Notes under the pieces: model-generated
The model's input: only the letters and a program-made list of their open reading frames with translations
Databases searched by the model: none
Told to the model about the DNA's origin: nothing
Assembly (NCBI GenBank): GCA_040400945.1
Contig: JBBAPG010000011.1
Span: 10,400 to 74,399, forward strand
DNA length: 64,000 nucleotides
Direction of reading: 5' to 3'
From: Polaromonas sp.
Lineage (GTDB): Bacteria; Pseudomonadota; Gammaproteobacteria; Burkholderiales; Burkholderiaceae_C
Shown: positions 1-13,101 of the stretch, piece by piece
Layout of the letters: each line of letters begins with the position of its first letter
Numbering within the stretch: position 1 is the first letter of the stretch
Program-made: the position numbers and the translations under genes

Positions 1-564
1 CACGATATCGCCGCGGATGGCGCGCACGCCGCTGTTTTGCACTTGCATCAACATGGCCTGCAAGCGCTCGACCACCAGCTTGGGGTCGCCGCCGCCGCGC
101 AGCACCATGTCGCCAGTCAGCAGTCCGCCTTTGATTTGGCCGTCCAGAATAATTTGGGTTTTCCAGGTGAAGTCTGGGCCCAGCGTGTCCAGCGCGGCGT
201 AGGTCGTCACCAGCTTCATGACGGAGGCCGGACTCATCTGCGCGTCCGCACGGTGGTTCAGCCTTGGCGGCTGCTGGCCGTTGGCGTCTATCACCAGCAG
301 GCTCACGGCCTCGGGTGGAATTTGCGCGTGGGCTAGGATTTTTTGCAGGGCGGCTGGGACTTTGGCTGTGGGCGCGGACTTGACCGCCCTGACGGGCTTG
401 AACGCCGCCGCCTGAGCTTGCATGGGGGCCATGCCCCCGCACACGGCCAGCACCAGGGCCAGCAGCCAGCCGACAAACACCGTGCACTGCGTCGGCAGGC
501 GTGCTGCGCGGCCGCCGTGGCCCTTCCAGGCGGGCGGCGTACGCAAAGCGGGGCAACAAACCAT
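1..564 (-). CDS. dacB: D-alanyl-D-alanine carboxypeptidase/endopeptidase (PBP4/DacB family), N-terminal part; the gene runs off the window start
   Basis: I translated this minus-strand frame myself; it is open from the ATG at 564 to position 1 and is missing from the ORF track because it is partial. It has a signal-peptide-like N-terminus (VFVGWLLALVLAVCGG...AQA). The PBP4-like block is SPASVMKLVTTYAALDTLGPDFTWKT...GDMVLRGGGDPKLV. The start codon is uncertain; a TTG at 546 is also possible. Confidence 0.6.
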   Translation of the reverse strand, partial: MVCCPALRTPPAWKGHGGRAARLPTQCTVFVGWLLALVLAVCGGMAPMQAQAAAFKPVRAVKSAPTAKVPAALQKILAHAQIPPEAVSLLVIDANGQQPPRLNHRADAQMSPASVMKLVTTYAALDTLGPDFTWKTQIILDGQIKGGLLTGDMVLRGGGDPKLVVERLQAMLMQVQNSGVRAIRGDIV

Positions 565-652
565 TCGTCGATTATCACGGCTGGAGCGTGGCAACGCAGC
601 TGGCACCGCTTGCCCGGATAATCAACGCCATGCTTTTCTCGCCCTTTTTTGC

Positions 653-1465
653 ATGAACGCAGGCAGTCACCGCCCCCTGCGACTTCTCGCGTTTGACACC
701 AGCACCGACAGGATGTCGGTCGCGGTGGCTGATGGCGCGCGCCTGTGGCTGCGCGAAGGCGTGGGCGGCGCTCAGGCATCGACCACGCTGATTCCGGTGA
801 TCCTGCAGCTGCTGGCCGACGCCGGACTGCAACTGAGTCAGCTCGACGCGATTGCCTTCGGACGTGGGCCGGGCTCCTTCACGGGCTTGCGCACCGCTTG
901 CGCCGTGGCCCAGGGCTTGGCTGTGGGCGCGCGCGTCCCGGTGTTGCCGGTGGACACCTTGCTGGCCGTGGCCGAGGAGGCTCGCGTGCAACTGCCTGGT
1001 CACCATGGCGAAAGCCCGGACGCCGTCATCACCGCCTTGCTGGATGCGCGCATGGACGAGATGTATGTGCAGGAATTTAATCTGCAAGCCGGCGTGCTGA
1101 CCGCGCTGGCACCGGGCCGATTGCTGCGGCCCGAGGCCATGGCCGCCGAGCTGGCAAGCGCAGCTGCTGCAGGAAATGCTGGCGCGCACTTCTTGGCCGG
1201 CAATGTATTCGACGTCTACGCGGGGCGCCTGCCTGTGTGGCCAGACGAGCTAAGCCTGCGAGCCCTGCCCACTGCCGCCGCCATGGTGCGTCTGGCGCCG
1301 ACGCTGCTGGAGGCAGGCCACGCGGTGCCTGCAGCGCAAGCCCTGCCCTTGTACATACGCAACAAAGTAGCGCTGACCACCGCCGAGCGCGCGCAGGTCA
1401 AGGAAGACCAAGCCCAGGCGGTGCTGGCCTTGCAAGCGTCACAGGCCATGGATGCAGCGCCGTGA
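653..1465 (+). CDS. tsaB: tRNA threonylcarbamoyladenosine (t6A) biosynthesis protein TsaB (YeaZ family)
   Basis: Lies within ORF 422..1465. Motifs are LLAFDTSTDRMSVAV and FGRGPGSFTGLRTACAVAQGLA. The ATG at 653 (MNAGSHRPLRLLAFDTS) was chosen as the start; the longer N-terminal extension overlaps the divergent dacB region. rimI follows, as is usual. Confidence 0.8.
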   Translation: MNAGSHRPLRLLAFDTSTDRMSVAVADGARLWLREGVGGAQASTTLIPVILQLLADAGLQLSQLDAIAFGRGPGSFTGLRTACAVAQGLAVGARVPVLPVDTLLAVAEEARVQLPGHHGESPDAVITALLDARMDEMYVQEFNLQAGVLTALAPGRLLRPEAMAAELASAAAAGNAGAHFLAGNVFDVYAGRLPVWPDELSLRALPTAAAMVRLAPTLLEAGHAVPAAQALPLYIRNKVALTTAERAQVKEDQAQAVLALQASQAMDAAP

Positions 1466-1938
1466 ATGCCGTACTGCAACCCCAGGAAGTCCGGCTGGAG
1501 ACCATGACCGAGCCGTGGCTGTCCCAGGTGGCGCGCATTGAAAAGCTGGCTTACGCACACCCGTGGCACGAAGGCAATTTTGCGGATTCGCTGCGCGCCG
1601 GCTATCACGCGCAAATGCTGGTGGTGGGTGATGCGGAGCCCAGTTTGCTGGCTTACTTCGTGGCCATGAAGGGGGTGGACGAGGTGCATCTGCTCAACAT
1701 CACCGTCGCGCCCGAGCACCAGGGCCAGGGTCTGGCCCGGCTAATGCTTGATGCCCTTGTGCTGTGGTCGCGACAAGCGGTTGCCGAATGGCTGTGGCTG
1801 GAAGTGCGCATCAGCAACACGCACGCCCGCGACATTTACAAGCACTACGGTTTCAAGGAAGTCGGCACGCGGCGCAACTACTATCCGCTGTCGGCTTTTC
1901 GCCGCGAAGACGCGGTGGTGATGAGCCTGGCACTCTGA
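1462..1938 (+). CDS. rimI: ribosomal-protein-alanine N-acetyltransferase (GNAT family)
   Basis: Lies within ORF 1237..1938. GNAT-like sequence: VDEVHLLNITVAPEHQGQGLARLML...EVRISNTHARDIYKHYGF. The GTG at 1462 overlaps the tsaB stop (GTGA). An alternative start is the ATG at 1504. Confidence 0.75.
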   Translation: MNAVLQPQEVRLETMTEPWLSQVARIEKLAYAHPWHEGNFADSLRAGYHAQMLVVGDAEPSLLAYFVAMKGVDEVHLLNITVAPEHQGQGLARLMLDALVLWSRQAVAEWLWLEVRISNTHARDIYKHYGFKEVGTRRNYYPLSAFRREDAVVMSLAL

Positions 1939-1969
1939 CGCGCCCCATGACCTTCGCCCAACTATTCGC

Positions 1970-2746
1970 ATGAGCCTTGACCTCGACAACCGCCAACGCG
2001 CCATGCTGCGTGAAATGGGCATCCGCCTGTGGCAAGCGCCCAGCGACTACGCGGCTGCGCCTGAAGCGACATCGGCTGCGCCAGCACGCGTGGAGGCCCA
2101 GCGCCCATCCCAGTCGTCGCCTGTCGTCGCCGCCCCAGCCACGGCGCCCGCCCCAGCACCCGTTGCCAGATCGAGTCAAAGCACGGGCGCCAGCGCAAGC
2201 ACCGCCCCGGCTACAGAAGAGGCCGAACGCCAAACCGGGCCGGTTTGGCAACTGGGCAGTCCGCAGCCCATCTACCCTGCGGCAACCAGCCCCGATCCCA
2301 GCACATCCATTCGCTGGCTGTTGCTGGCTGAACTCCCCCACGGCGCTACGCAGCCACTGGAAGGCGAAGCCGGGCAACTGCTTGACAACATGCTGCGCGC
2401 CGCCGGCATGCACCTCGACGCAGGTTTGAAATTTGTGGCGGTTCAACGCGGGCGCGGCGCCGAGCCAGGATCTGAAGGCAATGACTTGCAAGACCAATTG
2501 GCCTCGCTCATTGACGCAGAGCAAGCCAGTGTGGTGCTGGTGATGGGCCGCCTGGCAGCGCAAGCCCTGCTGCCCTCACCCGAACCCTTTGCCAAGCGGC
2601 GCGGCCAAGCCTTGGTGCTGAATGGCCGCCCCTTGCTGCTAAGCAATGACGCCGCTTACCTGCTGCGCAACCTGCCAGAAAAAGCCAAGGCCTGGGAAGA
2701 CCTGTGCCTGGCGCGCACCATGGCCGTCCAGGCGACGACGCACTGA
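1970..2746 (+). CDS. uracil-DNA glycosylase superfamily-like protein (family 4-like C-terminal domain with a low-complexity Ala/Pro linker)
   Basis: ORF of 258 aa in the position after tsaB-rimI that is common in Burkholderiales. The C-terminal half (VVLVMGRLAAQALL...RRGQ...LLRNLPEKAKAWEDL) resembles UDG-family proteins. The call rests on recollection only. Confidence 0.45.
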   Translation: MSLDLDNRQRAMLREMGIRLWQAPSDYAAAPEATSAAPARVEAQRPSQSSPVVAAPATAPAPAPVARSSQSTGASASTAPATEEAERQTGPVWQLGSPQPIYPAATSPDPSTSIRWLLLAELPHGATQPLEGEAGQLLDNMLRAAGMHLDAGLKFVAVQRGRGAEPGSEGNDLQDQLASLIDAEQASVVLVMGRLAAQALLPSPEPFAKRRGQALVLNGRPLLLSNDAAYLLRNLPEKAKAWEDLCLARTMAVQATTH

Positions 2747-2779
2747 TCTCGCGCTAAAAACGCGGGGCTCGCCGCAGAC

Positions 2780-3679
2780 TCAGCGCACAGGCGAGCCCTG
2801 TGCAGCCTTGCCACCCGGCGCCAGAACCGAGGCGATGGCCGTGACCATCAAGCCCACTGCCGCCCAGTCCTGCCAGTGCAGCACTTCGCCCAGCCAAAGC
2901 GCCCCGGTGAACACACCCAGAATGGGAATCAACATCACGCTCAGCGTGGACGCCACCGGCGGCAAGCTGCGCGCCAAAAAGAACCAGGCGGCGTGGGCAA
3001 AGCCGAAGATCAGCACCGCGTTGTAGCCAATCGCGCCCCACACCGTGGGCGTGGGCATCTGCCACTGCGCGCGTTCAAAAACGAAGCTCAATCCGCTGAG
3101 TACGAGCGTGGTGAGCGCCGTCATCCAAAAAGAAATGGTCAGCGTGGCCACCGGCATGCGCGTGTTGCGCAGCATCTGCGTGCCCAGCGCCCAGACAGCC
3201 GCCGCCACCAGGGCCATGACCACACCCAGCGGCCGGCCCGACAAATTAGTCAGCTCATGCCACAGCAACAGCGACACGCCCAGCGCCGCCGCCGCCACAC
3301 CCATGCCATGTCGCGCACGCAGGCGATTGCCAAAGAACCACGCGCCAATCAGCGCCGAGAAGATCGGCATGGTGTAGCCCAGGATGGCCGAGCGGCCACT
3401 GGTCAAGCTCTGCACCGCCAAAATGATGAGTGCATGCCAGACAAACATATTGGCAAAGGCCAGCCAGAACAACTCCCGCCAGTGCGCACGCGGCACGACA
3501 AAAGGCACTCTCATCACCACCAGCGCCAGCCCCAACACGGGCAAGCCAAGCAGCATCGACAGCGCGCGAAATGTGAGTGGCGGATAGCCCGTCACGCCCA
3601 GCTTCATCACAGGCCAGTTCAAGCCCCACACCAGAGTGAGCAGCACCAGAAGGATCAGTTGTTGGCGGGTCAGTTGCAT
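2780..3679 (-). CDS. EamA/DMT family transporter
   Basis: 299-aa polytopic membrane protein. The N-terminus LLTLVWGLNWPVMKLGV is typical of EamA domains, and there are about 10 hydrophobic segments. Confidence 0.75.
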   Translation of the reverse strand: MQLTRQQLILLVLLTLVWGLNWPVMKLGVTGYPPLTFRALSMLLGLPVLGLALVVMRVPFVVPRAHWRELFWLAFANMFVWHALIILAVQSLTSGRSAILGYTMPIFSALIGAWFFGNRLRARHGMGVAAAALGVSLLLWHELTNLSGRPLGVVMALVAAAVWALGTQMLRNTRMPVATLTISFWMTALTTLVLSGLSFVFERAQWQMPTPTVWGAIGYNAVLIFGFAHAAWFFLARSLPPVASTLSVMLIPILGVFTGALWLGEVLHWQDWAAVGLMVTAIASVLAPGGKAAQGSPVR

Positions 3680-3719
3680 AAGAGTCAGATCGTAACGCCC
3701 GGCTTCTTACAATCCAAGG

Positions 3720-4544
3720 ATGACTTTTCTCGACATGCTCGCCGCGGCCGAAGGCCAGAACCAATCAATGCTCTGCGTGGGCCTGGACCCGGAGCCCAGC
3801 CGCTTTCCGGGCGGCATAAAGGGCGACGCGAGCAAGATTTATGACTTCTGCGCCGCCATCGTGGACGCAACGGCGGATCTGGTCAGCTCATTCAAACCGC
3901 AAATTGCTTACTTCGCCGCGCACCGCGCTGAAACCCAGCTTGAAAAGCTGATGGCCCACATGCGCCGAGCCGCGCCGCATGTGCCCATCATCCTGGACGC
4001 CAAGCGTGGTGACATAGGCAGCACCGCCGAGCAATACGCGATAGAAGCCTTTGAGCGCTACGGCGCCGACGCAGTCACGCTCTCGCCCTTCATGGGTTTT
4101 GATTCGGTGGCGCCGTATCTGAAGCACCACGGCAAAGGTGCGTTCTTGCTGTGCCGCACCTCCAATCCGGGTGGTGACGATCTGCAAAGCCAGCGCCTCG
4201 CGTCCGTCGAAGGTCAGCCCCTGATGTACGAACACATCGCGCGCCTGGCGCAAGGCCCGTGGAACCTGAACGGCCAACTGGGCCTGGTGGTGGGCGCGAC
4301 CTACCCGGCAGAAATCGAGCGCGTGCGCCAAGTCGCGCCCACACTGCCGCTGCTGATTCCGGGCGTGGGCGCCCAAGGCGGTGACGCGGTGGCCACGGTG
4401 CGCGCGGGCTACAAGGCAGGCGCACCCATCATCGTGAACTCGTCGCGCGCGGTGCTTTACGCGTCGGCGGCGGACGACTTTGCACAGGCCGCGCGTCGGG
4501 AGGCGATCAAGACGCGCGACCTGTTGCAGGCTGCGAAAAGCTGA
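3720..4544 (+). CDS. pyrF: orotidine 5'-phosphate decarboxylase (type 2)
   Basis: 274 aa. Motifs are [22 protein letters not shown] and [12 protein letters not shown]. Confidence 0.85.
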   Translation: MTFLDMLAAAEGQNQSMLCVGLDPEPSRFPGGIKGDASKIYDFCAAIVDATADLVSSFKPQIAYFAAHRAETQLEKLMAHMRRAAPHVPIILDAKRGDIGSTAEQYAIEAFERYGADAVTLSPFMGFDSVAPYLKHHGKGAFLLCRTSNPGGDDLQSQRLASVEGQPLMYEHIARLAQGPWNLNGQLGLVVGATYPAEIERVRQVAPTLPLLIPGVGAQGGDAVATVRAGYKAGAPIIVNSSRAVLYASAADDFAQAARREAIKTRDLLQAAKS

Positions 4545-4560
4545 CCGGCTTCTCGGCGCG

Positions 4561-5007
4561 CTAAACCGTGTAGGTCGCGCGAGATGCGTCGAGTTGCCTT
4601 CGCGCGGAGGCGGCCAACGCTTTAGCCTCAGGCGTGTCCGGCATCCAGGCGGGTGCGGGCATAGGCCGGCCGTGCGAATCGACCGACACAAAGACGATCA
4701 GGCATTCGGTGGTCTTGGCCATTTCGCCGCCCTTCATGTCGCCGCTGCGCACCTCGACAGCGATGTTCATGCTGGTGCTGCCGGTGTACGCCATCTTGGC
4801 TTCAACCTCGACCAGATCACCGATCATGATGGGCCTGTGGAAGCGAATGCCGCCCACGTAAACCGTGACGCAGTAGCGCTTGGACCAGCTGGTGGCGCAG
4901 GCGTAGCCGGCTTCGTCGATCCATTTCATGACGGTGCCGCCATGCACTTTGCCGCCGAAGTTGACAGTGTTGGGTTCAGCGAGAAAGCGCAGGGTGATGG
5001 CGGACAT
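4561..5007 (-). CDS. acyl-CoA thioesterase (hotdog fold, YciA-like)
   Basis: 148 aa. The sequence PNTVNFGGKVHGGTVMKWIDEAGYACA is typical of 4HBT/acyl-CoA thioester hydrolases. Confidence 0.75.
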   Translation of the reverse strand: MSAITLRFLAEPNTVNFGGKVHGGTVMKWIDEAGYACATSWSKRYCVTVYVGGIRFHRPIMIGDLVEVEAKMAYTGSTSMNIAVEVRSGDMKGGEMAKTTECLIVFVSVDSHGRPMPAPAWMPDTPEAKALAASARRQLDASRATYTV

Positions 5008-5031
5008 GGGGACTTCTGGAAATAGCGATAT

Positions 5032-8169
<3,138 letters not shown>

Positions 8170-8326
8170 AACAGAACATCATAGACGGCCGGGCCTTTTT
8201 GGTCAGCTCAGCGGCGGCCGCCGTGGCGGACAATAGACCCTTCGAGCCCTGAACCCTGAGTTCTGAACCCGTACCGTGCGCACCTCCTCCCCTCCAAACC
8301 CGGCCCCCGTCCCCGCCGACATTCCC

Positions 8327-9556
8327 ATGACCGCCGCCGAGCGCCGGTCCAGCTTTTCGCTGTCGAGCGTCTTTGCATTGCGCATGCTGGGCTTGTTTTT
8401 GGTGCTGCCGGTGTTCGCGCTGGAAGCCGCGCGCTACCCGGGCGGGGACGATCCGGCCCGCGTCGGGCTGGCGATGGGCATTTACGGCCTCACGCAAGGC
8501 TTGTTGCAAATTCCTTTTGGCATGGCCTCGGACCGGCTGGGCCGCAAACGCGTGATCTTGTTTGGCCTGGTGGTATTTGCGCTTGGCAGCATGGTGGCCA
8601 TGACGGCCCAAGACCTGACTTGGCTCATCATCGGCCGGGCGCTTCAGGGCGCGGGCGCTATTTCGGCGGCCGTCTCGGCTTTGCTGGCCGACCAGACGCG
8701 CGACGAAGTCCGCACCAAGGCCATGACCTTGGTGGGCGTGAGCATCGGGCTCATGTTTGCCCTCTCGCTCATCGTGGCGCCGCTGCTGGCTGCGCATATT
8801 CATCTGGCGGGGCTTTTTGCGCTGACCGGCCTTTTTGCGCTGGGTGGCATGGCCGTGGTTATTTGGTGGGTGCCGGCCGAGGCCGCCCAGTCCGAGCATC
8901 GCCCGCGCGGCAGTCTGGCCCTGGTGCTGCACGACCCGGCCCTGCTCCGACTGGACCTGGGTGTGTTTGTGCTGCATGCGGTGCAACTGGCCATGTGGGT
9001 GGCCATTCCGGCGCTGCTGGTTCAAGCCGGGCTGCCCAAAGACGTGCATTGGCAGGTCTACGCGCCCGCCGTCGTGGCCTCCTTCTTCGTGCTGCGGGCC
9101 ACGCTGTATCCGCTGGAGCGGCGCGGCTACCTGCGTGCGGTGTTTTTGGCCTCGGTTGGCGTCATCGCACTGGTGCAACTGGGCTTTGCCTGGGTCGCGC
9201 ACCAGGCAGGCACAGGCAGCCCCAGCTTGACTCTGCTTTCCTGGCTGCTGTTTGCCTTCTTTTGCGGCTTCAACATCCTGGAGTCTTGCCAGCCCAGCCT
9301 AGCCTCCCGCCTGGCGCCCCGGCATGCGCGTGGGGCGGCGCTCGGCGTTTACAACACACTGCAGTCGCTGGGCTTTTTCGTCGGCGGCGCGGCCGGCGGC
9401 TGGCTGGCGAAGACCGCCGGACCCACCGCGCTGTTTGGCGCCTGCGCCGGCCTCATGCTGGTCTGGCTGGGGCTGGCCTGGCCCATGCGCGCGCCCGGCC
9501 GCTACGACGCGCCAGCCCCCGCAGGCGCTGTGCCCGCCCAGGCAGCCGCCAGTTAA
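8327..9556 (+). CDS. MFS transporter
   Basis: Lies within ORF 8276..9556. It has 12 or more hydrophobic segments and the motif [15 protein letters not shown] (MFS loop 2-3). It sits in the uvrA-MFS-ssb arrangement. The start is either the ATG at 8327 or the GTG at 8276. Confidence 0.7.
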   Translation: MTAAERRSSFSLSSVFALRMLGLFLVLPVFALEAARYPGGDDPARVGLAMGIYGLTQGLLQIPFGMASDRLGRKRVILFGLVVFALGSMVAMTAQDLTWLIIGRALQGAGAISAAVSALLADQTRDEVRTKAMTLVGVSIGLMFALSLIVAPLLAAHIHLAGLFALTGLFALGGMAVVIWWVPAEAAQSEHRPRGSLALVLHDPALLRLDLGVFVLHAVQLAMWVAIPALLVQAGLPKDVHWQVYAPAVVASFFVLRATLYPLERRGYLRAVFLASVGVIALVQLGFAWVAHQAGTGSPSLTLLSWLLFAFFCGFNILESCQPSLASRLAPRHARGAALGVYNTLQSLGFFVGGAAGGWLAKTAGPTALFGACAGLMLVWLGLAWPMRAPGRYDAPAPAGAVPAQAAAS

Positions 9557-9582
9557 ACTGCCCCCAATTCAGGAGAAAACAC

Positions 9583-10083
9583 ATGGCTTCAGTCAACAAG
9601 GTCATCATCGTCGGCAACTTGGGCCGTGACCCCGAAATGCGCGCCTTCCCGAGCGGCGACCAGGTCGCCAACGTCACCATCGCCACCACCGACAAGTGGA
9701 AAGACAAGCAGTCCGGCGAGATGAAAGAAGCCACCGAGTGGCACCGCGTCGTCTTCAACGGCCGCCTGGCCGAAATCGTGGGCCAGTACCTGCGCAAAGG
9801 CTCGCAAATTTACGTTGAAGGCAGCTTGCGCACCCGCAAGTGGACCGACAAAGACGGCATCGAGAAATTCACCACCGAGATCCGCGCTGACCAAATGCAA
9901 ATGCTCGGCAGCCGCGAAGGCATGGGCAACCGCAATGCAGGCGACGATGACGGCGGCTACAGCCAGCCCCAGCGCGCCCCGGCCGCACGCCCGGCAGCGG
10001 CCCCCATGCAGCAACGCCCAGCGCCGGCGCAAACCAAGGCCGCCAGCGGTTTCGATGACATGGATGACGATATTCCCTTCTGA
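9583..10083 (+). CDS. ssb: single-stranded DNA-binding protein
   Basis: [20 protein letters not shown]...TEWHRVV..., with the acidic tail [15 protein letters not shown] lies 7 nt upstream of the ATG at 9583. The remainder of ORF 8620..10083 is a spurious 5' extension. Confidence 0.95.
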   Translation: MASVNKVIIVGNLGRDPEMRAFPSGDQVANVTIATTDKWKDKQSGEMKEATEWHRVVFNGRLAEIVGQYLRKGSQIYVEGSLRTRKWTDKDGIEKFTTEIRADQMQMLGSREGMGNRNAGDDDGGYSQPQRAPAARPAAAPMQQRPAPAQTKAASGFDDMDDDIPF

Positions 10084-10084
10084 A

Positions 10085-10264
10085 ATGGACCTTCCTAAGC
10101 AACAGTTGGAGTTATCGCGGAGCTCCTTAGCCGTTCAAAAGATGCGCGCCTTCATGCAGTCGCAACAAGAAGCAGGCGCTGGAGCCGATTTGGACCTTCG
10201 TTCAGTTATCGATGCCGGGCGCTACGGAAACCATGACCGGGACAGCCCCGTTAAGCCAACGTAA
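10085..10264 (+). CDS. hypothetical small protein (59 aa)
   Basis: The ATG lies 2 nt after the ssb stop, in the same frame as the tail of ORF 9815..10264 (MDLPKQQLELSRSSLAVQKMRAF...). It is visibly less GC-rich than its surroundings and is followed by a strong intrinsic terminator. No family was recognised. Confidence 0.25.
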   Translation: MDLPKQQLELSRSSLAVQKMRAFMQSQQEAGAGADLDLRSVIDAGRYGNHDRDSPVKPT

Positions 10265-10288
10265 GCACCAATTACCGGCCATCAGTCA

Positions 10289-10321
10289 AACCCACCTAGC
10301 TTCGGCTCGGTGGGTTTTTTT
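10289..10321 (+). terminator. Rho-independent terminator downstream of ssb and the small ORF
   Basis: AACCCACC-TAGC-TTCG-GCTC-GGTGGGTT hairpin with a UUCG-type loop, followed by a T7 run. Confidence 0.7.
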
Positions 10322-10419
10322 CATGGGCGGGTTCGTGCTCTTGTTAAGTAGTCAGGACTACGCCTCAATGGCGTGATGGAAAATGCGGCGTATTACTGCT
10401 AATCGCTAAAGGCACGCTC

Positions 10420-10536
10420 ATGTTGCTTACCAACATCCGATTGAAAAACTGGCGCAATTTTCAAGCGCTAGACGTTCCCTTGCGCGATGTGTCCTATGTG
10501 CTGGGCCCCAACGCATCGGGCAAGTCCAACCTGTTA
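10420..10536 (+). pseudogene. 5' remnant of an AAA/ABC-type ATPase gene (Walker A only; OLD/RecF-like N-terminus)
   Basis: The first 39 codons, MLLTNIRLKNWRNFQALDVPLRDVSYVLGPNASGKSNLL, are a typical SMC/OLD-family ATPase N-terminus. The reading frame then becomes nonsense sequence and runs into the 3' end of the convergent gene at 10569. Confidence 0.55.
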
Positions 10537-10568
10537 GCTCCGGCTGATCAAACCAATCGCCGCTCCGT

Positions 10569-11081
10569 TCAGTCGCGCTGCTGCATCAACTCCACCAGCT
10601 GCGCCAACGCCGCGCCCCACCCCGCCTCAAACCCCATCATCTCGTGCGCGATTTTTCCGGCTGCGTCGGTGTGGCGCACCACGGCTTGGTAGCGGGTACC
10701 GCCATTCGGCAGCGGGTCAAAGCGCAGCTCGCACAAAAAGCCGAAGCCTTGGCCCATGGGGATGGGCGCGTGGGGCCTGAAGCCGGGGCCGAGGAGGTTG
10801 GTCCAGATGAGGCGGTGCGGTGCCTCGACCAGCAAGAAGCTGCCTTCGTTGCGCGGCATGCGCGTGCCGTCGGGCCCCTGCATGACGTTGGCGAACACGC
10901 CGCCGGGTTGCAAATCAATGTCGCAGTCCACCACTAGCCAGGGCTTGGGGCAGAACCATTGCATGAGCACGTCAGGCACCGTCCAGCCTTCGAAGGCTTG
11001 CTCGGGCGTGATGGGCACTTCGCGCACCAGTTGCAGGTCGAGGGCGGGATCGAACTCGGCAGAGGCGTTGAATGGATTCAT
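10569..11081 (-). CDS. SRPBCC (AHSA1/START-like) domain protein
   Basis: 170 aa. The sequence [26 protein letters not shown]...GGVF...RLIWT is typical of Aha1-domain SRPBCC proteins. Confidence 0.65.
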   Translation of the reverse strand: MNPFNASAEFDPALDLQLVREVPITPEQAFEGWTVPDVLMQWFCPKPWLVVDCDIDLQPGGVFANVMQGPDGTRMPRNEGSFLLVEAPHRLIWTNLLGPGFRPHAPIPMGQGFGFLCELRFDPLPNGGTRYQAVVRHTDAAGKIAHEMMGFEAGWGAALAQLVELMQQRD

Positions 11082-12337
11082 GGCGTGACCTTTCGGGGCT
11101 GCGGTGTTTTAGGCGTCTTAGGCGTTCTTGGCGGTCGGGCCGCGCGCGGGCTGGAGGCAGGCAGCGTCGCCAGCAGTTCGGGCAAGGCCGGCACGTTGCT
11201 GCTGCCAATCACACCACCGCCCAGGCACACGTCGCCGTCGTACAGCACCGCAGATTGCCCCGGCGTGACGGCCCATTGCGGGTCAGCAAAACTCAGTTCA
11301 ACGTCGCTGGCCGTCGCGCTGGTCACTTCACAAGGCGCATCAAGCTGGCGGTAGCGCGTCTTGGCCGCAATAGGCCCGAGCGCAGGCGCGTGGCCTGCGA
11401 CCCAGCTGCAGTCTTGCGCAGTGAGTTTGGTGGCCAGCAGCCAGGGGTGGTCGTGGCCTTGCACCACCCATAGCGTGTTGCTCTGCATATCTTTGCGCGC
11501 CACAAACCAAGGCTCGTGCGCGCTGGCGCCGCGCTGGCCTTGGGCTTCAATGGCCTTGAGCTCGGCGCCCTTGGCCTTGACGCCGCCAATGCCTAAACCC
11601 TGCCGCTGGCCGAGTGTGTAAAAGCTCAGGCCCACATGCTCGCCCAGTACGCGGCCCTGGTCGTTCCTGATGGGGCCGGGCGCCTTGGCGATGTAGCGGT
11701 TGAGGAACTCGCGGAAGGGCCGCTCGCCAATGAAGCAGATGCCGGTCGAGTCTTTCTTGCGCGCATTCGGCAGGCCGATCTCGTCGGCGATGCGGCGCAC
11801 TTCAGTCTTGTGCAACTCGCCCACAGGGAACAGCGTCTTGGACAGCTGCGCCTGGTTCAGGCGGTGCAAAAAGTAGCTCTGGTCTTTGCCAGGGTCCAGG
11901 CCCTTGAGCAGCTCGTGCAGGCCGGTCGCCTCATTGCGCCGCACGCGGCAGTAATGGCCAGTCGCGATTTTTTCGGCGCCCAGGCGCATCGCGTGGTCCA
12001 AAAATGCCTTGAACTTGATCTCGGCATTGCACAAGATGTCAGGGTTGGGCGTGCGGCCGGCCTGGTATTCACGCAAGAACTCGGCGAACACGCGGTCCTT
12101 GTAGTCGGCCGCAAAGTTGACGTGCTCGATCTCGATGCCCAGCACGTCGGCCACGGCGGCGGCGTCCACAAAGTCGATGTTGGACGAGCAGAATTCGCTG
12201 TCGTCATCGTCTTCCCAGTTCTTCATGAAGATGCCGACGACCTCATGGCCCTGCTGTTTTAGAAGGTGCGCGGTCACGGCCGAGTCCACCCCGCCACTCA
12301 GGCCCACGACCACACGCATTTTTTTGACGGCTGACAT
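11078..12337 (-). CDS. mnmA: tRNA 2-thiouridine(34) synthase MnmA
   Basis: The PP-loop is [15 protein letters not shown]. Other matches are [20 protein letters not shown] and KDQSYFL. The protein carries a Pro/Lys-rich C-terminal tail ([14 protein letters not shown]). Confidence 0.9.
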   Translation of the reverse strand: MSAVKKMRVVVGLSGGVDSAVTAHLLKQQGHEVVGIFMKNWEDDDDSEFCSSNIDFVDAAAVADVLGIEIEHVNFAADYKDRVFAEFLREYQAGRTPNPDILCNAEIKFKAFLDHAMRLGAEKIATGHYCRVRRNEATGLHELLKGLDPGKDQSYFLHRLNQAQLSKTLFPVGELHKTEVRRIADEIGLPNARKKDSTGICFIGERPFREFLNRYIAKAPGPIRNDQGRVLGEHVGLSFYTLGQRQGLGIGGVKAKGAELKAIEAQGQRGASAHEPWFVARKDMQSNTLWVVQGHDHPWLLATKLTAQDCSWVAGHAPALGPIAAKTRYRQLDAPCEVTSATASDVELSFADPQWAVTPGQSAVLYDGDVCLGGGVIGSSNVPALPELLATLPASSPRAARPPRTPKTPKTPQPRKVTP

Positions 12338-12369
12338 GGGCTGGATTATCCCAGCGTCCCAGCGCAGGC

Positions 12370-13065
12370 TTAGCCAGCCGCCGGCGTCTGGAACTCAGGC
12401 GGCAGCGCCTCGTGAAACGGGTAGTACTGAAAGAAAGGCCTTGCCTCGTTCAATACCCGAGCCACTGAAGGCCGCTGCATCACCCGCACGGCGTAGGCAG
12501 CCAGCCGCTGCTGCGCAGGCATCAAAGGCAGCAGCGTCATGGCGTAAAACAGCGCAGGCGCCGCCGCGCAGTCCGCCAAACTGAACTCATCCCCTGCCAT
12601 CCAGTGGCGGTCAGCCAGCTTGTTGTCGAGCAAGTCATAAGCCATCGTCAGCGTCTCGCGCGCCTTGGCCACCGCCAGGGAGTCGCGGTCCTGTTCCGCA
12701 CGCAGCCGGTCGGCCACGATGGCCTGCATGGGCGTCATCACATACAAGTCCAGCAGCCGGTCCATCAGGCGCACTTCCAGGGCGTCCAAGGCCGCGTCTG
12801 CATCCGCAGGCAGCATCGAGCGTCCGGCTGGCGCGTGGCGCTGCGAAAGGTACTCAATGATGATGCTCGTCTCTGGCACGGCACGCGTGCCGTCGATGAG
12901 CAGGGGCATCTTGCCCGTGGGCCAGAGCGCCTTGAATTTCTCGCGCTCGTCAGCTGCGCCCAGATTCAGCAGCCGGGGCTCGAAGGCGATGTCCATCTCG
13001 TACAGGGCGATGAGCACCTTCCAGCAACATGAGGACAGCGGGTGGTAGTGCAAGCTCAGAGTCAT
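12370..13065 (-). CDS. glutathione S-transferase family protein
   Basis: 231 aa. The thioredoxin-like N-domain is [19 protein letters not shown]...GKMPLL, followed by a helical C-domain. Confidence 0.8.
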   Translation of the reverse strand: MTLSLHYHPLSSCCWKVLIALYEMDIAFEPRLLNLGAADEREKFKALWPTGKMPLLIDGTRAVPETSIIIEYLSQRHAPAGRSMLPADADAALDALEVRLMDRLLDLYVMTPMQAIVADRLRAEQDRDSLAVAKARETLTMAYDLLDNKLADRHWMAGDEFSLADCAAAPALFYAMTLLPLMPAQQRLAAYAVRVMQRPSVARVLNEARPFFQYYPFHEALPPEFQTPAAG

Positions 13066-13101
13066 GACACCACTCTAAATCAACCCGAGGTTTTTAGCGC
13101 C

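Noticed and set aside
333-779. 148-aa minus-strand ORF at the dacB/tsaB junction.
   Set aside because: It is in a different frame from the PBP4-like coding sequence and is Arg/Pro/Cys-rich. It spans the divergent intergenic region and is not credible as a gene.
8170-8326. A search for an SOS (LexA) box in the uvrA/MFS divergent region and upstream of ssb.
   Set aside because: I found no CTGT-N8-ACAG-type palindrome, so no claim is made.
8620-9582. A long 5' extension of the ssb ORF, giving a 487-aa ORF.
   Set aside because: It overlaps the MFS transporter gene in another frame and is Arg/Gly/Ala-rich nonsense. The ssb gene has its own RBS and an ATG at 9583. I applied the same trimming to ORFs 422..1465, 1237..1938, 16973..18358, 24811..25707, 33746..34540, 35198..36358, 45145..46488 and 50844..52466.
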